From positions 1,080,001 to 1,112,000 of the forward strand of contig NZ_CP036280.1 of assembly GCF_007748075.1 (NCBI RefSeq): a stretch of DNA of 32,000 nucleotides, given 5' to 3'. This stretch comes from Mucisphaera calidilacus. GTDB taxonomy: Bacteria; Planctomycetota; Phycisphaerae; Phycisphaerales; Phycisphaeraceae. The notes beneath the pieces are model-generated. The model did no database searches. It saw only the letters and a list, made by a program, of their open reading frames with translations, and was not told the DNA's origin. Of this stretch, positions 17,828 through 25,900 are shown in pieces (the stretch's first letter is position 1; every line of letters begins with the position of its first letter). Both the position numbers and the translations under genes were made by a program.

Positions 17828-19399
17828 TCAAGCGGCTCCGAGGCTCAGCACCATCGACACACCAACTCCCGCCGCACCGATCAGCGCGAGGACGTAAACC
17901 GCCAATCGGGGCATCTGCCCGTCGTTCTCCATCGCGCGGCCGAACATGAAAAACACGAGCGGGTGCACCAGGAAGGGCATCGCGAAGATGAAAGCGATCA
18001 GGGCCTGCGACTCCGGCCCGGCCATGCCGCCCTGGATCGCGGCGAACAGCCCGAAGTGTGACATCGCCGAACTGGTCGCCATCATCGCGTTCGCTACCGA
18101 CATGTTGGCGACAGCCAACAGCAGCAGCCCACCGAACACCGCAGTGAGTTGCCAACCGAAGCTGAACTGCATCAGCGCCTTGACCTCGCGGGCGTCATCG
18201 CCCCTGGCCGACGCAAGGTTGCGCAGGGCATAGAGGGTCAGCCCGAGCCCCAACACCGCTACGATCACGGAGGGCACCATCAGCAGCCGACCCTGTTCCA
18301 TACTCACCGCGAGGATGGAGAAGACGAAGATGTGGCCGAAGAACGGAATATTGATCATGATCGGGGCGCGGCGTGACGCGGTCTCGCCCAGGTCGCCCGC
18401 TGTGCAGGCGCCGGTGAGCCCCGCGTGCGAGAGCGCGCCCGCCATACCCGGGCCCAGGTTCCACGTCGCGGCCGTCCGGCCGAAGAAAACGAGCAGCGCG
18501 ATCCCCCCGAACATCCAGAATACCTGACCGAAAAACCCGTATGCCATCACGGCGTCCATCCCCGACAGCGCGAAAGCCTCGCCGATCCGCGATCCGCCGA
18601 TGATGAAGTTCGCCGCGAGCACCACAGGGATCCCGGCGAAGAGCAGGCATCGCACCGCCGGGCCGTGCTCCCAGCGGTACAGCAGCGCCCCAACACCCGC
18701 CGCGATGAGCATCACGAAGAAGATCTGGGGCAACGCGATCAACGGACTGACCCAGACCGCGATCAGGTACCCCGCCCCGAGCACGGCCATGATGGCGATG
18801 ATCTCTGCGACACCCTTGTGCAAGTAGGTCCGGGTGTTCGCGATCGTCGCTTTGTAGTCGATCAGGATCACCGCGATCACCAGCCCCATGTACGCGATCA
18901 GCGGGTAGTAGCGACCCAGCGACGTATCGGGCACGGTATCCAGAATGACCGCGGTGCCGGCCCCGATGCCGAGGAGCATCAAAAACGCCCGGGCGATGAA
19001 GATCACCTGGGTGCGTCCCGTACCCAGAAACACTTGCTCCGTCGCGTACGACACGCTCTGGTCTTGCAGGACTTCCTCACCCAAGAAGATTCGCCGCAGC
19101 TCCTGCCCGCCCACGAAGAAGGTGGCCGTCAGGGCGACGATGGTGGTCTGCGCTACCATGCCCAGCATGGGGAAGTCACTCAGCCCCGGTTCTGAAACGC
19201 CCGTGGCCACCATGAGGTAGCCCATGGCCAGGCCGAACACCACGATGATCAAGATGGCCGAATACCGGGTCCCCGCCACCACCGCTCTGGCCACCAGCAC
19301 CATCGGGATCACAAAGAACACCGACAACCAAAACTGATTGAACAGGTGCTGATGGGCTATTTCCTGCATCAGCTGTTCAGGCGCGATCGATCCGAGCAT
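17828..19399 (-). CDS. Polytopic membrane protein (about 12-14 TM), transporter-like, family not recognised
   Basis: ORF 17828-19441; start at the ATG at 19397-19399 (MLGSIAPEQLMQEI...) preceded by AAGGAG at a 7-nt spacing. The protein is hydrophobic throughout and its GC is like the host genome. It lies between the left and right ends of element unit E, on the opposite strand. Confidence 0.8.
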   Translation of the reverse strand: MLGSIAPEQLMQEIAHQHLFNQFWLSVFFVIPMVLVARAVVAGTRYSAILIIVVFGLAMGYLMVATGVSEPGLSDFPMLGMVAQTTIVALTATFFVGGQELRRIFLGEEVLQDQSVSYATEQVFLGTGRTQVIFIARAFLMLLGIGAGTAVILDTVPDTSLGRYYPLIAYMGLVIAVILIDYKATIANTRTYLHKGVAEIIAIMAVLGAGYLIAVWVSPLIALPQIFFVMLIAAGVGALLYRWEHGPAVRCLLFAGIPVVLAANFIIGGSRIGEAFALSGMDAVMAYGFFGQVFWMFGGIALLVFFGRTAATWNLGPGMAGALSHAGLTGACTAGDLGETASRRAPIMINIPFFGHIFVFSILAVSMEQGRLLMVPSVIVAVLGLGLTLYALRNLASARGDDAREVKALMQFSFGWQLTAVFGGLLLLAVANMSVANAMMATSSAMSHFGLFAAIQGGMAGPESQALIAFIFAMPFLVHPLVFFMFGRAMENDGQMPRLAVYVLALIGAAGVGVSMVLSLGAA

Positions 19400-19460
19400 T
19401 GCAACGCTCCTTGGAAGCTTGCCCCAGTGTAGCGGATGCAATACTCCTTAATCGCCCAAG

Positions 19461-19576
19461 GCTGAGGGATCGGTGTCCGAGGCGGCTTCTGATCATGACG
19501 ACAGGAAAGCGTTATGATTCACGAGGAAAACGGGCAGTGCCCGACATTCTGGACCGGCCCCGCGGTGGACCAGATC
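19461..19576 (+). mobile_element. Right end (about 116 bp) of the IS-derived element family, unit E
   Basis: ..GGCGGCTTCTGATCATGACGACAGGAAAGCGTTATGATTCACGAGGAAAACGGGCAGTGCCCGACATTCTGGACCGGCCCCGCGGTGGACCAGATCG aligns with the right ~115 nt of copies A/C/D/F, including the CGGGCAGTGCCCG hairpin. Same orientation as the left end at 17615. Confidence 0.75.
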
Positions 19577-19923
19577 GCCCTGGCAGGAATCATCTCAGAT
19601 CTCTCACTTCGCCTGGATCAGGTTCTGGGTTGCAGGTCAATCCTCTCACAGCAGGTGGACCAATGATCCCGAGGGGTCAGTTGTTGGGTGATTGGGTCAT
19701 GAGCGTTTACATATTCCTTATCGCTAGATGTTCCTTTGAGCTGTAAAGGCCTGGTTGGTCATCCAAACCACACAAAAGAGATCAAAAATTCGATTGATCG
19801 GAATAAAGGTTTACTGCCTCGAAGAAGTTCGTTAACCTAGGGGCATATTCTTTGGGTGGTTCATGCGTTGATGACTTCCTTTTCTGGGGCAGTGCCCGGT
19901 CAAGATTCCGAAGGGATATCGCT

Positions 19924-22900
19924 ATGTCATTGTTCTTGTGGATTCAGCGTCGCCTGGCATCTCAGTTCACTTCTGCTAACGATGAGCCCTCACCTTCTTC
20001 TGGACTAGAGACACTAGAGCCTCGTGTTTTACTTTCGGCTACACCGCCCGGGTTCTCTGGAGAGGGCTTGATGCCTCTCGGCTTCACCGCAAGCAGTCAG
20101 CTAGTCCTGTCTGACGGATTTAATCTGACCGGTACCAATGAGGATGACCTGCTCACATCACTTCGTACGACGAGTGGAAAGCGGAATTATTCATTTCTTG
20201 GAGGTGCAGGCGATGATGTCTTTATCATCCACAACACTAAGGGACATTTGTCTGGCGGAGCCGGCTACGACCGAGCCTACACAACAAACTCGAATCTAAC
20301 ACTGGACAGCGTTGAAGAGTTCTGGGTCCGTGATGACCAGAAAGTTCAATGGGTCCTGAGTGGAGGCTCGGCAATATCAGCAGATCGGATTGGTGAGACA
20401 CAATCATTTCACGAGATCAACGAGCGACTTAGCAGCAGACACCACGCCACTGGATCAGTACCTATTGCCACGTTGCCAACGCCGATTGCTTCATCGAGCG
20501 TATTGACTAGTGATGCTGATACCGAAATAGCCTTGTCGGGAGGGCTAAGTCTTGAGACATTAATCGTTCCTTCTCCATCAGATAATTCTTTCGCCTCGCC
20601 TCAGAATTTCTCGACTCTTAACCTGCCTGATAACTCTGATCTCCTTGTCTCTACGAACACCGGCGATGTTAACGATGACGGTGCGACTGATGCTCTGGAC
20701 ATCGATCTGCTGCTAAGTCTTCGCGGTACACCGGTAGAAGTCAGTCCTTCTGCAGATCTCTTTCCAGACGGTGTTCTCGATCAGCGAGATGTGGATCACC
20801 TAATATGGGGGATTTTGGGGACCGAGTATGGTGACTCGAATCTAGATGGCCGTGTGGATTTGCTCGATCTCGGGATTCTCTCAGCTAGCTTTAATGATGT
20901 TGGTGGGTGGGCGAATGGGGACTATACCGGAGAGGGTGGTATAGACTTGTTGGATCTCGGCATACAGGCTGCGGTATTCAATTTCGACGCTACCCTTCCC
21001 CGTAACGTCATAGGAACCAGTAGCGACGACATCCTCTACGGTCGCAGAGGCGATGACACACTCAACGGCTACGCCGGCGATGACTGGCTCTGGGGCGGCC
21101 AGGGCAATGACCTGCTCTACGGCGGCCCCGGCGACGACATCATGCACGGCAACCAGGGCAACAACACCTTCATTGGAGGAACCGGCTACGACCTCGCCGA
21201 CCAGGACGGAAAGTCCGACGTCCGTGCAACCGTAGGCGACCTCTCCGTCTCAGCAAGCAGCTCCGCAGACATCGGCTTCGGATACACCGTCTCGCTCGAA
21301 ACCGACGCCGCTTCAACCGGCCTGCGCTGGTGGCGAATCGACTGGGGCGACGGTTCGGATCCCGACGGCGACGGGATCGTCGGCGAAATCCTCGACATCA
21401 GCACAACCGAAGCCAACCACGTCTACCTCACAGGGCCCATGGCCACTCAGGTCACTGTCAGCGCACTCAGCGCAGACACTGAAACTGACGCTGTCATCAC
21501 ACCCATCAGCGTTCTCGACACAGCAGAAGGCCTGTCACTCCAAACCCCAGCGAATCTGATCGCCGTTGGTGTCGCACCGAACCAGATCTTCCTGAACTGG
21601 GACGACAACGAGACCGCCGAAGACGGCTATCAAATCAAAGACTTAGCCAATAACGAGACATTGTTCTTACCTAGAGACCACAGCAGCTACACCTGGACAA
21701 CTCCCAATCAGCACTACACCACCACCTTCGAGGTCTTGGCCTACTTCGAGAACGAAGACGGCACGGTAACCTACTCAGCACCTGCCGTTACAGACGCCGC
21801 GACCACATTGCCCCTGGCGCCGGTCAATGTGACAGGTATTGGCATAACATCGGAACGACTAGGTGTTTACTGGACTAATCTTGCCGATGCATCAGAGCGA
21901 GACAGAACTGGATTTATAATCGAATATACGCCATATGTAGAAGGCAGTGAGGCTGACTGGACCCGGGCAAGCACCCGTACTGAGAGTGATGAGGACGCTA
22001 ATTACTATACAATCAGTGATTTAAGTCCGGAACAAGACTACTGGGTTCGTGTGATTGCTGAAAATGACCTTGGCGCAACTGTATCGCTGGCAGCAATCGT
22101 AGCTACACGTGAGATCCCATTGCCTCCTACAGATTTATCCGCGACAGCACTCAGCAATACGCATGTCAGGCTCAATTGGACGAATAACAGCGAATATATT
22201 GATATGCATGAGGTGCAGTGGAGAGTGGCCGGCTCTCAAGAATGGGATGATTCCAGTAAGATCAAAATCCGGGCTGCTAATAGCGCGGTTGTTGATGGGC
22301 TTGATTCAAATACTACTTACGAGTTCAGAATTATTCCTTGGTACCTGTATACAGAAAGTAATATAACGTTAAATGATAACATTTACAATACCATACTAGA
22401 AACAACCCAAAACAGAGAGCTGGCAGATATTAAAACATACGCTGTCGCCGATCGTGCAACTTCGCGTATTAAAATAAAGTGGATCAATGAAGTAGACCCA
22501 GAAGTCGAGGATCGGGCCAGAATCATAGTTAAGTACAAGCCAGCAGATCAGGCTGATTGGGCTTTGGCTGAGCAGCGAACTGAAAGGAGTAGTTGTACTG
22601 AGACAACACTCCGCGGCCTTGCCAGCGGTACAGAGTATGACATTAGAATAGCCAGTGAGAATAGCTCGGGTATACGATCAGCGTGGCTACAGTTTAAGAC
22701 GTCAACACTGCCAGATTCTCAAGCATCAACAGGCCCTCTATCTCCGCCAAGTGCATTATATGCTATTCCAACAAAAGGTGACTCATTAGACCCTGATGGT
22801 GACTCATTAGGCCCTGATATCGAGCTGCATTGGCTCAATGCTCTTCCTGCTTCTGCGACAGGTCGAACCGGATTCAGGATAGAATATAAACCAGCCAGCA

Positions 22901-25900
22901 TTGAATCCTGGGATGAAACGCCCTTTGAGTCAATAGATACAAATTCTAAAGACTCTACCTTTTACGCACTCATTAGAAATAATATATTTAGCTCTGATAT
23001 TCTTGAATACGCAACAGAATACGATATTCGCATCTTTTCTAAAGGCCCGGGAGGCATTCTCTCAGAAGAATCAATCGAACTATCGTCGACAACATTCGTT
23101 CGCCCGGAAGCCCCAGTGAATCTTACAGCTACACCGCTTGCAAATAATGTAATACGGTGTACCTGGGAACATGATAGTGATGATTTATACAAATATAGTG
23201 TAAAAGGTAACTCGCTCTATGGAATAAGTACAAATACGAGGGCATACACACATATAATAGACCAATATCATGCGACAGAGGTGCGCGTCGTAGCGACTGA
23301 CTTGTCTACTGGGGTCTCTTCAGAATCTGTCAGCGTGAGCCTCGAAATACCCGTAGACCCGCTGCCTGTACCCCAGAATCTTGTTGCTGTTCCAATCGAC
23401 TCAAATAGCGTGCGTGTCGCCTGGCAGGATCAGGCCGACGATGAGTACTATAGCCGGCGTGGATCATATATTCAATACGTGCCGGTCGGACCAGATGGAG
23501 TAATTGACTGGGATAGTGACGAGGCTTACGAATCTCAGGATAATGATGAACGCAGTTTCAGAACAAGTAATAACGCAGGAGACGCAAGGCATGGTCTTAG
23601 TGTGATTATTACGGACCTGGACGCCGACACTGAGTACGCAGTGCGCGTCCGCACTCTGTCGTCCGGACCCGACACGTCAACAACAAATGGAAATGAAGTA
23701 CTATCCGAATATTCTGAACCTGTGATCGTAAAGACGACAGGCGAAGATCTTCATAGTGCAACCATCGACTCTGTACGCACGCTTCCTGGCGGCCACTGGC
23801 AAATCAACTGGTCCTACGACGACCAGAGCGCCCTCCCGCCCGACGGATACGAACTAGAACTCCAAAGCATCGGCTCAAACGGCCCCGAGGCCATCCCCGG
23901 CCACACCTACAATCTCCCTTACGGAATCAACGAATTCTTCATTGAACAGCCGCCAGCCGACGCCATCTTGATCGCTATCACGCCCACGCGAGGCAGCGAC
24001 ACCGGCACCACCGCCATCTCGTTCGCACCTGATCCCGCCACACCCCTTGTCGTTCCCTCACCCCAACAACTCCACCTCGCAGAACAGCCAGGAGATCCCA
24101 CCCAACTCCGCGTCGTCTTCTCCTCAGTACGCGACGCCGACGGCTACCGCCTCACCATCGAAGAGGCTGGCACCCTCACCCAAATACGCGAGATCCATCA
24201 ATCCGCCGAAGCCTACCTCAGCGAAACCCTACAACTCAATAACCCTAACGCCGACATCACCGTCACCATCTACTCAAAGCGCGGCGAGGACGTGACCCCC
24301 ACAGGCCGGTCAGCCAACCGACTCGCGCCGTCCACGCCCGCGCAGTTCACCGAGAACCTCTTCCTCGAAACCGTCTCATGGACACCCGTCACAGGTAGCG
24401 ACCACCTCTTGTTCCTCAACGATGGCATCCGCCATCAATACCTCGGCACCTTCACCGACAGCACCAACAATTACACACTCCCCGACGTCTCCGCAGACAA
24501 CCTTCAGGAAATCGCGCTGGTCACCCACACACCAGACAGCGGACCATCCCATCAAGCCACGGCCGATATCTACGTCACCAGTGCTCTCGGGGACAGCGAT
24601 ACCGACGGCCTCACCAACGGCCAGGAGTTCACAACCTACGGCACCGACCCATTCCAGCCCGATACCGACAACGACCTGCTCAACGACGGCGACGAAGTCC
24701 TTACCTACGCCACCAACCCACTCGATCCCGACTCGGACGACGATAACCTAGACGACGGCCTCGAAGTCCTCGTCCACAGCACCAACCCCAAAGCCCAGGA
24801 CACCGACAGCGACGGCCTCTCGGATGGCGCTGAAGTCCTCACCCACCTGTCCGACCCAACAAGCCAGCATTCAGATTCAGACGGTATCTCGGACGGCGAA
24901 GAAGTCCTCGTCCACGGAACCAAGCCCACCAATCCCGACACCGATGAAGACACCCTCACCGACGATCGCGAAATCTTTGCCGAACTCACCAACCCGCTCA
25001 GCTCTGACACCGACGGCGACGGACTCGATGACGCCTGGGAGGTCAAGTACAAGGACGTCGACGACATCGACCCAATCAATCACTACACCGACTCCGACAG
25101 CAACCCGGATGGCGATCTCCTGAACACCCTTCAGGAATACGCAGTAGGCACCGACCCCGGAGTCGCCGACGAACACCATTTCTGGACCAAACCCTCGCAG
25201 TCGCCCGACGCATCCCTCGATGCCGACCGCGACGGCATCCTCGACATCATCGAAGCCGACCTCGGCACCAATCCCAACACACGAGATACCGATGGTGATG
25301 GCCTCACTGACGGCTTCGAACTCCAGCACGGCTTCGACCCCAACAACCCCGACGAAGAAGGCAACCAAATCCTCGACGGACAGGACGACGCCGACGACGA
25401 CACCCTCAACAACAGCCAGGAGCAAAGCAACGGCACCAACCCATCCAACCCCGATACCGATGGCGACGGCACCAACGACAACGACGAAATCGCCAACGGC
25501 TCCGACCCCACCGACGCCTCCGATGGCGGCCAGCCCGTCCCCACCGCCTACCGCAACTCGATCCGCTTCACCCTCCACGACTCGGACAGTTCAGGCACAC
25601 ACTGGGATGAAGCATACGGCAGCCGCGAACTCATCATCAACGACCGCATCCGTCTCACCGTCAACCACAATGATGGCATCATCGAACACCAAGAATACTG
25701 GTACCACGCCGATGCCGACGAAGAAATCCAACTCCAATTCACCCATACCTGGAACCACGATCCCGACCTCGACTATCACTACCGGTACACCAACCTACCC
25801 GAAGGCGTCTCAGATCGTGGCTGGGGCTCGGGCTGGGGCTGGGGCTGGGGCGGGGGCTGGGGCTGGGGCCGAATCTACGTGAGCAGCAACACGCCCTTCT

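Noticed and set aside
19852-19923. TTG-initiated 24-codon extension of the giant ORF.
   Set aside because: The ATG at 19924 has a properly spaced AAGGGA RBS. The extension overlaps the hairpin/RBS region and adds no signal-like sequence.
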